This document shows positions 42,635-52,949 of a DNA stretch of 64,000 bases, in pieces. The stretch lies in the NCBI GenBank assembly GCA_965237805.1, contig OZ250153.1:416001-480000 (forward strand), read 5' to 3'. The notes under the pieces were generated by a model. That model saw only the letters and a program-made list of their open reading frames with translations. It did no database searches and was not told where the DNA came from. The position numbers and the translations under genes are program-made. Position 1 is the stretch's first letter; each line of letters opens with the position of its first letter. Origin of the DNA: Gammaproteobacteria bacterium. Lineage in GTDB: Bacteria; Pseudomonadota; Gammaproteobacteria; JABABF01.

Positions 42635-43537
42635 CTAGCCGATGCGCCCGGTGATGTAGTCCTCGGTTCCGGGATGTTCCGGTGCCGTGAAAATCTTCTC
42701 AGTGGCATTGACTTCCAACAGCTGGCCGATGTGGAAATAGGCCGTGCGGTCGGAGACCCGGGAGGCTTGCTGCATGGAATGCGTGACAATGACAATGGTG
42801 TAATCCCGCTTGAGCTCACTGATCAAGGCCTCGATACGGGCGGTGGCGATGGGGTCGAGCGACGAACACGGCTCGTCCATCAGGATAACCTCAGGTTGAA
42901 TCGCAATGGTGCGGGCGATGCACAGACGTTGCTGCTGACCGCCAGACAAGCTGGTCGCCGGGTGTGCGAGCAGATCCTTGACTTCATCCCACAGACCCGC
43001 ACGACGCAAGCTGGTCTCGACCAGCGCATCCAGCTGCCCCGCATGCCCCGCCTTGCCGTGCAGCCGCAGACCGTAAGCAACATTGTCGTAGATCGATTTG
43101 GGAAAGGGATTGGGCTTTTGAAACACCATGCCGACCCGGGAGCGCAGCTCGACGACATCGAGCTGCGCGGCGTAGACATCTTCCCGATCCAGCTGCACCT
43201 CACCCCGCACAACGCAACTGGGGATGATGTCATTCATCCGGTTCAGACAACGCAGAAAAGTCGATTTGCCACAGCCGGAGGGACCGATGAGCGCCGTCAC
43301 TTGGCGGCAGCCGATGTCCAAGCTGACATCGCGCACCGCCACCAAATCACCATAACGCACAGTGAGGTTGCGGACGCTGAACTTAATCTCCTCGCTCGGC
43401 TCAAGCAAGGGCTTGCCGACCGCACTGGCGATGACTGGCGATGACTCCTGCCCGGGCTCTGCAACGACTCTCGCCATCTGCAAACCCTCATCGAGAGCCA
43501 CGGTGCCAGTGGCTCGGCTCTCCTGTGCTGTAGCCAT
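42635..43537 (-). CDS. pstB: phosphate ABC transporter ATPase
   Basis: [47 protein letters not shown]. Start could be 43477. Confidence 0.95.
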   Translation of the reverse strand: MATAQESRATGTVALDEGLQMARVVAEPGQESSPVIASAVGKPLLEPSEEIKFSVRNLTVRYGDLVAVRDVSLDIGCRQVTALIGPSGCGKSTFLRCLNRMNDIIPSCVVRGEVQLDREDVYAAQLDVVELRSRVGMVFQKPNPFPKSIYDNVAYGLRLHGKAGHAGQLDALVETSLRRAGLWDEVKDLLAHPATSLSGGQQQRLCIARTIAIQPEVILMDEPCSSLDPIATARIEALISELKRDYTIVIVTHSMQQASRVSDRTAYFHIGQLLEVNATEKIFTAPEHPGTEDYITGRIG

Positions 43538-43551
43538 AATAGCGCGACCCT

Positions 43552-44811
43552 CTACCAACGCTGCTCAAAACGTCGACGCAGTAGCACCGCACCGATATTC
43601 ATGACTCCAAGAAAAGAGAGTAGCACCAAAATCGCCGCCGAGCTCAATTCGATGAAGCCGCGCTCCGGGCTATCCGCCCACAGATAAATCTGCACCGGTA
43701 GCACTGCGGTCGGATCCATCAGCCCCGCGGGCGGGCTGACCACAAAGGCGACCATGCCGATCAACAAGAGCGGTGCCGTCTCGCCGAGCGCCTGAGCCAT
43801 GCCGATGATAGTGCCAGTCAGCATGCCGGGTAGCGCCAACGGCACCACATGATGGCCGACCACCTGCATGCGCGACGCACCGAGCGCCAATGCCGCTTCG
43901 CGCACCGAAGGCGGCACCGAACGGATCGCTGAACGGCTGGCGATGATAATCGTCGGCAGGGTCATCAGCGCCAACACAATGCCGCCGACCAGCGGCACTG
44001 AGCGCGGCAGACCGAAAAAATTGATCACCACCGCCAGCCCCAACAGCCCGAAGATAATCGACGGCACCGCCGCCAGATTGTTGATGTTGATCTCAAGCAG
44101 CGAAATCCAGCGGTTGCGGGGAGCGAACTCCTCGAAGTAAACCGCCGTCGCAATGCCGAGCGGGAAGGACAAAAAGAAGCACACTAACAGCGTGTAGAAA
44201 GAGCCGAGCAAAGCGCCGCGGATACCGGCAGAACTCGGCGTGCGGGAATCGCCAGCCGTGAAGAAAGTGTCGTTGAAGCGCAGCCGCACCAAGCCCTCAT
44301 CAGCCAGCTGATCTAAGGCTGGCAACAGCGCGGCGTACAGCTCGAGCTCGACCGCGCCGAGCCCAACATCCAAATAACGCTCGGCCCAGCCAGCGAGCGG
44401 CAGCTCCACCGATGCTTGCTCTCCGAGCAGCTCCGGATCGGCCTGCAAGCGCTGGTAGAGCAGGTAGTCAGCGTCTTCGCTGAACAGCTGCCCCAAGCCT
44501 ACGCCGGGCAGGGAGCGTGCCAAAGATGCTGCCAATAAGGCTGGGAAATCGGCGAATTCCAGTTCCTCCGCCAACTGTTCGCCACCCTCCTCCCAATACT
44601 CCAAGCCCAGCGTGCCCGGGTCGAAGTAGACGCTGAGCGCGACGCGCTGCTCGACAAAGCCGCCGATGCCACGACGGGCGATATCGAACAACAACAGCGC
44701 GACACAGCCCAGCGCGAATACCACCGCCGCCATGCTCGCCCAGCGCAATAGGCGGGCGCGGCGATGGCGGCGGGGCAAGCTGGCACGGCAAGAATCAGTC
44801 ATAGGCTTCAT
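43552..44811 (-). CDS. pstA: phosphate ABC transporter permease PstA
   Basis: [30 protein letters not shown]. Confidence 0.93.
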   Translation of the reverse strand: MKPMTDSCRASLPRRHRRARLLRWASMAAVVFALGCVALLLFDIARRGIGGFVEQRVALSVYFDPGTLGLEYWEEGGEQLAEELEFADFPALLAASLARSLPGVGLGQLFSEDADYLLYQRLQADPELLGEQASVELPLAGWAERYLDVGLGAVELELYAALLPALDQLADEGLVRLRFNDTFFTAGDSRTPSSAGIRGALLGSFYTLLVCFFLSFPLGIATAVYFEEFAPRNRWISLLEININNLAAVPSIIFGLLGLAVVINFFGLPRSVPLVGGIVLALMTLPTIIIASRSAIRSVPPSVREAALALGASRMQVVGHHVVPLALPGMLTGTIIGMAQALGETAPLLLIGMVAFVVSPPAGLMDPTAVLPVQIYLWADSPERGFIELSSAAILVLLSFLGVMNIGAVLLRRRFEQRW

Positions 44812-46162
44812 GGTAGCGACGCACGACCAGCAGAGCGGCAATATTGAGCGCCAAGGTCGTGACAAACAGTGTTAACCCAAGGGCGAAAGCGGCCAGCGTC
44901 TTGGGGTTGTCGAATGCTTGGTCGCCGAGCAACAGCGTGACAATCTGCACCGTCACCGTGGTCATCGCATCCAGCGGATTGGCGCTCAATTTAGCCGCCA
45001 AGCCAGCAGCCATCACCACGATCATCGTCTCGCCAATAGCACGTGAGATGGCGAGCAAGCCACCGCCGATGATGCCGGGTAGGGCCGCTGGCAACACCAC
45101 TTGGGTAATCATCTCAGCTCGGGTCGCCCCCAGCGCCAGCGCCCCCTCGCGCAGGGCATTGGGCACCGCACGGATGACATCGTCGGACAACGACAACACA
45201 AAGGGCATGATCATGATGCCCATGACCAGACCGGCCGCCAGCGCATTTTCTGAGGCCACCGCTAAACCCAGTGCCCCACCCAGCTCTTTGACCAACGGTG
45301 CCACGCTCAGCGCGGCGATGAAGCCGTAGACCACAGTCGGGATGCCAACCAAAACCTCGATCAGCGGCTTGAGTGTGTTACGTGCCCGCGGCGAGGCGTA
45401 TTCCGACATGTGGATCGCCCCCAGCAAGCCAGCGGGCAGCGCCACGGTCATAGCGACCGCCGACACCACCAAGGTGCCGAGGAACAGCGGTACCACGCCA
45501 AAGGCACCGGAGGAACCCTGCTGATCGTCGCGCATCGCGAGCTGTGGGCTCCACTGCAGACCGAATAGAAAATCCAGCGGCGACACGGCGGCGAAGAAGC
45601 GCAGGCTTTCGAACAACACCGACAAGACAATGCCGACCGTTGCCAAAACCGCCACCGTGGTAGAAGCCAGCAGGCAACCATAGGCAAAGCGTTCGAGCTG
45701 GTGTCGGGCGCGCACGACTGGGGCCACTTTCAGCCAAGCAATGGCACCACTAGCGATAGCAATGGCAATGGCCAACGCCGTGCTCCAGCTGTCGAGCCGT
45801 GCGCCGTGGGCGGCGTAGCGCTGCGCGGCCTCCAACACCAGCGCATCATCATGGTGACCACCAGCGGCCACCGTCTGTAACAGTTGCAATATCCAGCGCG
45901 GATCGCCATTGCCCAGATGGACGAGGCGGCGCAAGTCCTCGGCCAAGTGCCACAGCAACAGCCTTTCGTGACTGAGCGATGCCATCGCATAAACTGCCAG
46001 CGCTGGCAGCAGGCACCAGAGCGCCGCACAGATCGCATAGTGCCCCGGCAGGGCACTGAGCCGGTCGATGCCGCCCAGCGCCACCGCTTGCCGCCTGGCA
46101 CGGCGGTTGGCAAACAGCGCACAAGCGGCGGCGGCCACGAGCAACAGCAACAGCGTGTTCAT
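44795..46162 (-). CDS. pstC: phosphate ABC transporter permease PstC
   Basis: KP..E.L.GIPTVVYG, SRAIGETMIV, TL.AFALG. Confidence 0.93.
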   Translation of the reverse strand: MNTLLLLLVAAAACALFANRRARRQAVALGGIDRLSALPGHYAICAALWCLLPALAVYAMASLSHERLLLWHLAEDLRRLVHLGNGDPRWILQLLQTVAAGGHHDDALVLEAAQRYAAHGARLDSWSTALAIAIAIASGAIAWLKVAPVVRARHQLERFAYGCLLASTTVAVLATVGIVLSVLFESLRFFAAVSPLDFLFGLQWSPQLAMRDDQQGSSGAFGVVPLFLGTLVVSAVAMTVALPAGLLGAIHMSEYASPRARNTLKPLIEVLVGIPTVVYGFIAALSVAPLVKELGGALGLAVASENALAAGLVMGIMIMPFVLSLSDDVIRAVPNALREGALALGATRAEMITQVVLPAALPGIIGGGLLAISRAIGETMIVVMAAGLAAKLSANPLDAMTTVTVQIVTLLLGDQAFDNPKTLAAFALGLTLFVTTLALNIAALLVVRRYHEAYD

Positions 46163-46229
46163 CGGGCGATAGTCCCTGCTGTGCAGCGCATGACGGGCGA
46201 CGCGCGACCCTTGACTCGGGGCTCGGAGC

Positions 46230-47309
46230 TCAGAGCTTGAGCGAGGGCCAAGATTGCACCGGACCGCGGCGATCCTGTTGGATGGCGGCGCGCTCTTCGG
46301 TGCCCAGTGGGATGAGACCCCGGCTCAGCAAATAGCCGCAAGATCCCACGGCACGTTTGCTGGTGAACTCGCGCACGAAGCGGTCGATGCCGGGAATGAT
46401 GCCGATATGCGCTTTTTTGACATAGAAATACAGCGGCCTAGATAGCGGGTAGACACCATCGCCAATATTTGCAAAGCTCGGTGCCGTGCCAGCGATCTCG
46501 GCACCGCGCACGCGATCTAAGTTCTCTTTGAGAAAGCTGAAGCCGAAAATGCCAAACACCGCCGGATCGGCCACCAGTTTCTGCACGATCAAATTGTCGT
46601 TTTCGCCAGCCTCGATATAGGCACCGTCCTCACGAATCGCACGGCAAATGCTCCGATAGCGCCGCTTGTTTTTTGTTTGGAGCGCCTTGATCCAATCGAA
46701 GCTTGCACAACCACCCTCCAACGCCAACTCGACAAAGGCATCACGGGTGCCAGAGGTGGGTGGCGGCCCGAAAACACGGATCAGCCGATCGGGTAGCGAT
46801 GGATCGATGTCACTCCATTTGCGGTAGGGATTGGACACCAAGGCTTTGCGGCCATCTGTGGCAGGCACCCTGCGAGCCAAGGCCAGATAGAGTTGACGAA
46901 GAGAAAATGCCGCCACGGGTGCCTCGCGCGAAGAGGCGAAGACGAGGCCGTCATAGCCGACCTTCACTTCGAGGATATCGCTGACACCATATTTCAGGCA
47001 ACGTCTATATTCGCTCGGTGTGATGCGTCTAGAACTGTTGCTGATGTCCGGCGTGCTCGGTCCCAGCCCCGAGCAGAACAACTTCAGACCGCCACCGGAT
47101 CCGGTCGACTCGACGATGGGCGCAGAATATTTGGCAGAACGTCCAAAGCGCTCGGCCACCACGGTGACGAAAGGATAGACCGTCGACGAGCCGACGATCT
47201 GAATCGTGTCCCGCGTTGCGGCCACAGCGCTGAGCCCGAGCAAAGGCAAGGCCAAAGCCACGGCCCAACTGTGCCTCAGCCAGTGGTTGGAGCTGGTGTT
47301 GTCGATCAT
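46230..47309 (-). CDS. pstS: phosphate ABC transporter substrate-binding protein
   Basis: Signal peptide, GSSTVYPF, STGSGGG, GPPPTSGTRD, YP.SRPL. Confidence 0.92.
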   Translation of the reverse strand: MIDNTSSNHWLRHSWAVALALPLLGLSAVAATRDTIQIVGSSTVYPFVTVVAERFGRSAKYSAPIVESTGSGGGLKLFCSGLGPSTPDISNSSRRITPSEYRRCLKYGVSDILEVKVGYDGLVFASSREAPVAAFSLRQLYLALARRVPATDGRKALVSNPYRKWSDIDPSLPDRLIRVFGPPPTSGTRDAFVELALEGGCASFDWIKALQTKNKRRYRSICRAIREDGAYIEAGENDNLIVQKLVADPAVFGIFGFSFLKENLDRVRGAEIAGTAPSFANIGDGVYPLSRPLYFYVKKAHIGIIPGIDRFVREFTSKRAVGSCGYLLSRGLIPLGTEERAAIQQDRRGPVQSWPSLKL

Positions 47310-47354
47310 GATCCGGCACCCCCAAAAGCGCCCAACTGGCTCGCGACAGACCCC

Positions 47355-47399
47355 AATATAGCGTAGCGGTGCCACCTTTGTGTTACAAGGCATTCACAC
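47355..47399 (-). promoter_or_regulatory. candidate Pho box promoter for pstS
   Basis: Three degenerate half-sites in 11-bp phase on the minus strand (GTGTGAA-tgcc-TTGTAAC-acaa-AGGTGGC), then 10 bp, then TATATT. The layout fits a PhoB promoter but the consensus match is weak. Confidence 0.4.
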
Positions 47400-48653
47400 A
47401 AGGTCTCGCCGACTGCGCGACGGCGGAAACAAGCAGCGGAATACCGCACCCTGCCCAGCTTCACCCTCAATGCGCAGCTCGGCATGGTGACGCTCCAAAA
47501 TGTGGTGCACAATGGCGAGTCCAAGGCCAGTGCCACTACGCGCATCATCGGGAATGCGGTAAAAACGCTCCGTGAGCCGCGGGCGTTGCGACAAAGCAAT
47601 GCCCGGCCCTTGGTCGCTGACCGACAACACGACACGATCCCGTTGCCAGCACGCATCGAGGCGCACGACGCCGCTGTCTGGGCTGTAACGCAAAGCATTG
47701 CTGAGCAAATTGTCCAACGCTGTGCGCAATTCAGCACCGTCACCCAACAGACACAGCTCCTGCGCACTGTCCACCTGCAACTGTATGCCGCGCTCCGAGG
47801 CGTGGCTGTCGGCCACCGTGCCGAGTAGCGCCGCCACCGCCACCGGCTCTTCGGGTGCCTGCGCTGCATCGCTTTCGATCCTCGCCAAATCCAGCAGCTG
47901 ATCGATCATCGCCGACATGCGCTCGGCCTGCTGACGCATATCGCGCAGCGCCTGCCCCCGCCCCGCTGGCAAGCTTGCGCTCTCCTCCTCCAGCAGCTCC
48001 AAGTAGCCAATCAGCACGGTTAGCGGCGTGCGCAACTCGTGTGAAACATTGGCCGTGAAATCACTCCGCAATTGTTGCAGGCGGTGCAGCTCGGTGATAT
48101 CGCGCACCAACAGCAAGCCGCCACCGACCCGCCGACGACGCACCAGCTGCAGCTGCAACCAGCGACTGCGGTCGCGCGGGGACTGCAGCTCGATCGCCTC
48201 AACACCCTCTGTCGCCGCCAAATAGCGCACCAGCTGGGGGGTGCGTACCAAACTGGTCAAAAGGCACCCCCGATCCGCCACCCGCAAGCCGAGCAGCTCT
48301 TCGCCCACCCGATTACAGCTGAGGATGTGCATACGCGGATCGAGCCACACAACGCCATCCCGCAGGTGGTAGAGGTTCTCGACCCACGCCTCTGCTACTG
48401 GCGCAGACGAGGCCTCACGACCAGCACCGGCACCGCGCCGTACCAAGATGCCTAAACGCTGCCAATGCCCTAGGAGCGACAGCCTGCGCGGCTGCTCGCC
48501 GCCGACTTGTCGGTGCAACCATCCCAGCTGCCAAGTGACCCAAGCTGCCCACGTGGCCAAGCCCCCGACGAGCCCGCCCAGCAGCTGGCCTGAGCCCAAG
48601 CCCAAAGTGCCCCCGACAGCGCAGAAAAATAGCAATTCACCCAGCGGGATCAT
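47394..48653 (-). CDS. phoR: phosphate regulon sensor histidine kinase
   Basis: N-terminal TM, PAS-like region, DFTANVSHELRTPLTV, NL.SNA.RY, ERFYR, GTGLGLAIV.H. Confidence 0.9.
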   Translation of the reverse strand: MIPLGELLFFCAVGGTLGLGSGQLLGGLVGGLATWAAWVTWQLGWLHRQVGGEQPRRLSLLGHWQRLGILVRRGAGAGREASSAPVAEAWVENLYHLRDGVVWLDPRMHILSCNRVGEELLGLRVADRGCLLTSLVRTPQLVRYLAATEGVEAIELQSPRDRSRWLQLQLVRRRRVGGGLLLVRDITELHRLQQLRSDFTANVSHELRTPLTVLIGYLELLEEESASLPAGRGQALRDMRQQAERMSAMIDQLLDLARIESDAAQAPEEPVAVAALLGTVADSHASERGIQLQVDSAQELCLLGDGAELRTALDNLLSNALRYSPDSGVVRLDACWQRDRVVLSVSDQGPGIALSQRPRLTERFYRIPDDARSGTGLGLAIVHHILERHHAELRIEGEAGQGAVFRCLFPPSRSRRDLV

Positions 48654-49401
48654 CGGCCTCAGCCACTGTGTCGAGCTGTAACTGGTAGCCAACTCCACGG
48701 TGCGTGGCAATGCTGCTCGCACCAGCACCCAAGCCTTGCAAGGCGCGTCGCAGGCGGCTGATGTGCACATCCACGGCACGGTCGCCGCCAACCACCAGAC
48801 GCAGTCCCAGTTGTGCGCCAAGCTCGGCGCGGGAAAACACCTGCCCCGGTGCCGAGGCCAGCAGCTGGAGCAGGCGAAACTCCACCGATCGCAACGACAC
48901 CGAACGCCCATCGGCACGCAGCTCATGGCATCCCGGATCGAGCTGTAACTCGAGGCCGTCGAGGCGCAATGTCACAGTGGGCGCAGATGGGGCGGCATCG
49001 CTGGCCGGGCAAGCGCGGCGCAACACCGCTCGAATGCGTGCGCGCAGCTCCCGCGAACGGAACGGTTTCACCATGTAGTCATCGGCACCGCTGTCGAGGG
49101 CAAGCACCCGATCGTTCTCTTCGCCACGTGCGGAGAGCAAGATCACCGGCAAGCTGGCGCAGCGGGAATCCGCACGCAACCATTGCAGCAGACCGATGCC
49201 GCTAGCACCGCTGCCCAGCATCCAATCGAGCAACACCACATCCGGTAGCGCACCAACCAGCTGGCGGCGGGCGGCGGCGGCATCCACCGCCTCGCTGCAC
49301 GCGTAACCGTCACTCGCCAACACTGTACACACCATGCGCCGCACCGCCGCATCGTCCTCGACAACCAGCACCCGCGCCGCCGCAGATCCGATCGCGTTCA
49401 T
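48637..49401 (-). CDS. phoB: phosphate regulon response regulator (OmpR family)
   Basis: VVEDD, LLDWML, GADDY..KPF, R.VDVHISRLR, RGVGY; lies upstream of phoR. Confidence 0.88.
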   Translation of the reverse strand: MNAIGSAAARVLVVEDDAAVRRMVCTVLASDGYACSEAVDAAAARRQLVGALPDVVLLDWMLGSGASGIGLLQWLRADSRCASLPVILLSARGEENDRVLALDSGADDYMVKPFRSRELRARIRAVLRRACPASDAAPSAPTVTLRLDGLELQLDPGCHELRADGRSVSLRSVEFRLLQLLASAPGQVFSRAELGAQLGLRLVVGGDRAVDVHISRLRRALQGLGAGASSIATHRGVGYQLQLDTVAEADDPAG

Positions 49402-50474
49402 CAGCCCTGCGCAGTGCCATCCTGCACGGCGCGAGCGGCGGCAGCCACCTCTGCCACCAGCGCCGGGCCGCGATAAATCAAGCCGGTGTAGAGTTGCACC
49501 AAGCAGGCTCCCGCACGCAGACGATCGGCCGCCGCCGCCGCATCGCAGATACCGCCCGAGGCGATCAGCGCGAGCTCATCGCCCAGCTCCTCCGCCAGTA
49601 GCTCGGTAGCGCGCAGCGCCAATGCGGCCAAGGGTCTGCCGCTGAGCCCACCTGCTTTGGCAGCGGCGGGCAGATGGCGCAGCTGCGCCGGCCGGCTGCT
49701 GGTCGTATTACAGGCGATGACACCGTCTATACCGCACGCTTTGAGCAGCTGGGCGAATTCCCGCAAGCGCCCGGCATCCAAATCCGGGGATAATTTGACC
49801 ACCAGCGGCACGCGCTTGCCACTCGCCACCGCCAGCCGGTCACGCTCACCGCAGAGCTGCTCTAACAACGGCGCCATCGACTCTTCACCGCTGCGTAGCC
49901 CGCTCAGTGCCGCAGTGTTTGGCGATGAGAGGTTGACCGTCACATAGGATGCCACCGGGTGCACGCGGCGGTACAGCTCGAGCTGATCGACGATGAAGTG
50001 ATCTGCCAACACATTTTGGTTGAGACCGATGTTGATGCCGAGCGGCACCGCCATAGGGGGACGCTCGGCCAAGCGCTGGCAGACCCGCTCCACGCCTTGG
50101 CTGTTGCAACCCATGCGATTGACCAAAGCCTCGGCCTCGGGTAGCCGGTGCAAGCGTGGCTTGGCGTGACCGGGTTGGGGACGCAGTGTCACCGTGCCGA
50201 CTTCGAGCCAGCCAAAACCCAGCGCGGCGAGCGCATCGACATAGCGCGCATCTTTGTCCAAGCCCGCCGCGAGGCCAACCGGATTGGGGAAGCGCAACCC
50301 CATCGCCATCACCGGTGGAGCGGCTGGAGGAGGCGGGAACAAACGGCGGGACAGTCCGAGGCGGTGGGCACCCGTCAAGCCCGCCAATGCGACGCGGTGG
50401 CTAGCTTCTGGCGGCAGTAAAAACAACGCTTGCCGCAATGCCCAGTAGAGCAGGTCGGGAGACGACGCAGCCAA
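49401..50474 (-). CDS. pyrD: quinone-dependent dihydroorotate dehydrogenase
   Basis: NPVGLAAGLDK, EVGTVT, NLSSPNT, VKLSPD, GGLSG, VQLYTG.IY.GP. Confidence 0.94.
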   Translation of the reverse strand: MAASSPDLLYWALRQALFLLPPEASHRVALAGLTGAHRLGLSRRLFPPPPAAPPVMAMGLRFPNPVGLAAGLDKDARYVDALAALGFGWLEVGTVTLRPQPGHAKPRLHRLPEAEALVNRMGCNSQGVERVCQRLAERPPMAVPLGINIGLNQNVLADHFIVDQLELYRRVHPVASYVTVNLSSPNTAALSGLRSGEESMAPLLEQLCGERDRLAVASGKRVPLVVKLSPDLDAGRLREFAQLLKACGIDGVIACNTTSSRPAQLRHLPAAAKAGGLSGRPLAALALRATELLAEELGDELALIASGGICDAAAAADRLRAGACLVQLYTGLIYRGPALVAEVAAAARAVQDGTAQG

Positions 50475-50530
50475 TTGCTTTCGCCTAAGTTTTATAATGA
50501 GCAGCTGTTGAAGACATTGTAATCCATGGC

Positions 50531-51505
50531 ATGTACAGCACCCCCCGCGACGCAATCACAGCACTGAAATCTTGGATGAACACGCACATCCTCGGACAAG
50601 AAGCATTGGTCGACCGGTTGCTGGTCGCCTTGCTGGCCGACGGCCACCTGTTGCTGGAAGGCCCACCGGGGCTAGCCAAAACCCGCGCCGTGCGTATTCT
50701 GGCCGAGGGCATCGACGGCAGCTTCTGCCGCATCCAGTTCACCCCCGACCTGTTGCCCGGAGATATCACCGGCACCGATATCTTCGTGCCCACCGAGAGT
50801 GATTTTCGCTTCCAAAAAGGTCCCCTCTTCCACAATTTGGTGTTGGCCGACGAGATCAACCGGGCACCGGCCAAGGTGCAGGCGGCACTGCTCGAAGCTA
50901 TGGCCGAGCGCCAAATCAGCATCGGCGGCACAACCCGCCAGTTGCCGCAGCTGTTTTTGGTGATGGCAACCCAGAACCCGATCGAGCAAGAGGGCACCTA
51001 CCCCTTGCCAGAAGCACAGCTCGACCGCTTTCTGATGCATGTGCAAATAGGCTACCCGAGCATCGCAGCCGAGCGAAATATCTTGGAGTTGGTGCGCACC
51101 GAGGACGCCGAGGGTGCGAGCACTGCGACCACGCCCAACCCAGCCGTCTCCCAACAGAGTTTGTTCGCGGCTCGCGCCGAGGTGTTGGCTCTGCATCAGG
51201 CCGATGCGGTCTCGGAGTACATCGTGCAATTGGTCGCCTCCACCCGTGCGCCAGAACGCTGGGTGGAGGAGTTGAGCGGCAGCGTGCGCTGCGGTGCCAG
51301 CCCGCGGGCCAGCATTGCGCTCGAGCGATGCGCCCGAGCGATGGCCTGGCTCGATGGACGTGACTTCGTCAGCCCGGACGATATCCAACTGGTGGCCCAT
51401 GATGTGCTGCGCCACCGGTTGCTGCTGAGTTTTGAGGCCGAAGCCAAGGGTCTGGATGCCGACCAGCTAATCGCCTCGCTGCTGCTTCAGGTGCCGGTTT
51501 CTTGA
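50531..51505 (+). CDS. MoxR family AAA+ ATPase
   Basis: LEGPPGLAKT, RIQFTPDLLPGD, DEINRAPAKVQ, ATQNPIEQEGTY.LPEAQLDRF. Confidence 0.95.
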   Translation: MYSTPRDAITALKSWMNTHILGQEALVDRLLVALLADGHLLLEGPPGLAKTRAVRILAEGIDGSFCRIQFTPDLLPGDITGTDIFVPTESDFRFQKGPLFHNLVLADEINRAPAKVQAALLEAMAERQISIGGTTRQLPQLFLVMATQNPIEQEGTYPLPEAQLDRFLMHVQIGYPSIAAERNILELVRTEDAEGASTATTPNPAVSQQSLFAARAEVLALHQADAVSEYIVQLVASTRAPERWVEELSGSVRCGASPRASIALERCARAMAWLDGRDFVSPDDIQLVAHDVLRHRLLLSFEAEAKGLDADQLIASLLLQVPVS

Positions 51506-52440
51506 TCGGTGCCGACACCGCACCGCACGGGACGCATGCGGTGCTGGAACAGCTGATCTCATTGCGCGCCGTGGCCGGGCGCTTGCCACCACAAAGCTTG
51601 GTGGCTGCCGGGCGCCGAAGCGGACCACAACACGCGCGCCGCCACGGACGCGGCATCGATTTCGAGGAAGTGCGCGCCTATCAACCGGGAGACGATGTGC
51701 GTGCCATCGACTGGCGTGTGACGGCGCGCAGCACCGTAGCCCATGTCAAAGTTTTCCGCGAGGATAGGGAGCAACCGCTGATGCTGTTGGTGGACCAAGA
51801 CCCAACCATGTTCTTCGGTAGCCGCTACTGCTATAAGTCCGTGCAGGCCGCCCATGTGGCCGCGCTGTTGGCTTGGGCCGCCCTGCGCCAAGGGCACCCC
51901 ATCGGCGGCATCAGCTACAGCGGAGAGGACTGGTATGCCGCAGCGCCGCGACGCGATAACCGCACCGCATTGCGCCTGCTACATCGGGTGGTGCAGTTCA
52001 ACCAAGCACTGGATGCCCGCCGCCACGCCGCGGCGTATCTGGGTGATGCCCTGACCCGCTTGGGGCGCATCGCCCCGGCGGGGAGTTTGATCTGGCTGAT
52101 CAGCGACTTCAATACGGTCTCGGTAGCAGCGCTCGGCCAGCTGAGCAAACTGTTGCAGCGCCACGATGTCGTGGTAGCGCGCATCAGCGATGTCCTCGAA
52201 CGCGAACTGGGACTCAGCGGCACTTTCAGTTTCAGCGACAGTCACGGCAATCTCAGCCTCTCACTTGGGCGGCGCAGCCAACGCGAATACCGCGAACAGC
52301 GGGCAGTGCGCGAACGCGCCCTCCTCGACGTACTCGCCGCCAGCGCCACGCCGCTGATCGAGATAGACACCGCCGATGGGCCATTGGCGGCGCTGCTCAG
52401 GCAACGCGTGCCAACCGCGTCAGGCGTGGTCGCCCGGTGA
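51502..52440 (+). CDS. DUF58 protein
   Basis: G.GIDFEEVRAYQPGDDVRAIDWRVTAR. Confidence 0.9.
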   Translation: MIGADTAPHGTHAVLEQLISLRAVAGRLPPQSLVAAGRRSGPQHARRHGRGIDFEEVRAYQPGDDVRAIDWRVTARSTVAHVKVFREDREQPLMLLVDQDPTMFFGSRYCYKSVQAAHVAALLAWAALRQGHPIGGISYSGEDWYAAAPRRDNRTALRLLHRVVQFNQALDARRHAAAYLGDALTRLGRIAPAGSLIWLISDFNTVSVAALGQLSKLLQRHDVVVARISDVLERELGLSGTFSFSDSHGNLSLSLGRRSQREYREQRAVRERALLDVLAASATPLIEIDTADGPLAALLRQRVPTASGVVAR

Positions 52441-52949
52441 ACAATCCGCTGGCGGCACTGCGTGGCATCCATGAGCCCACCACTGTGCCGTGGTGGCCAC
52501 CCGGCCCCGGCTGGTGGTTGACTGCGCTACTGTTGGCACTGGCGGCGGCGCTACTCTGGTGGTGGCGACAACAACGACCACTACACACTTGGCTACAGGC
52601 GCGCCACGCGCTGCTCCAGCTGGAATTGCTGCGCACGGACTATCTGGATTTTCAACGGGATGCGAAATATTTGCGCGGCATCAACGCCATATTGCGCCGC
52701 CTCGCTCTGTGCCACCACCCTCAGGCGCTGGTGGCACCGCTCAGCGGCAGCCAATGGCTGGCCTTTCTCGATCGGCAGGCAGCAGCTGGGGAGGACTTTA
52801 GCCGGGGTTGCGGCACCGTGTTGGGACACCCTAGCTATGCTGCCACTCCCGCGATCACCGATGCCGAGCAACTGCACCGGCTGGCCTGCGACTGGGCGCG
52901 TCGGCAAGGCAACCCCATCCGCCTGCCAACGCGGGAAATACCAGCGTGA
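52437..52949 (+). CDS. DUF4381 membrane protein
   Basis: L..IH.P....WWP..PGWW and LSG..WL.FLD; typical position in the Bat operon. Confidence 0.8.
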   Translation: MNNPLAALRGIHEPTTVPWWPPGPGWWLTALLLALAAALLWWWRQQRPLHTWLQARHALLQLELLRTDYLDFQRDAKYLRGINAILRRLALCHHPQALVAPLSGSQWLAFLDRQAAAGEDFSRGCGTVLGHPSYAATPAITDAEQLHRLACDWARRQGNPIRLPTREIPA

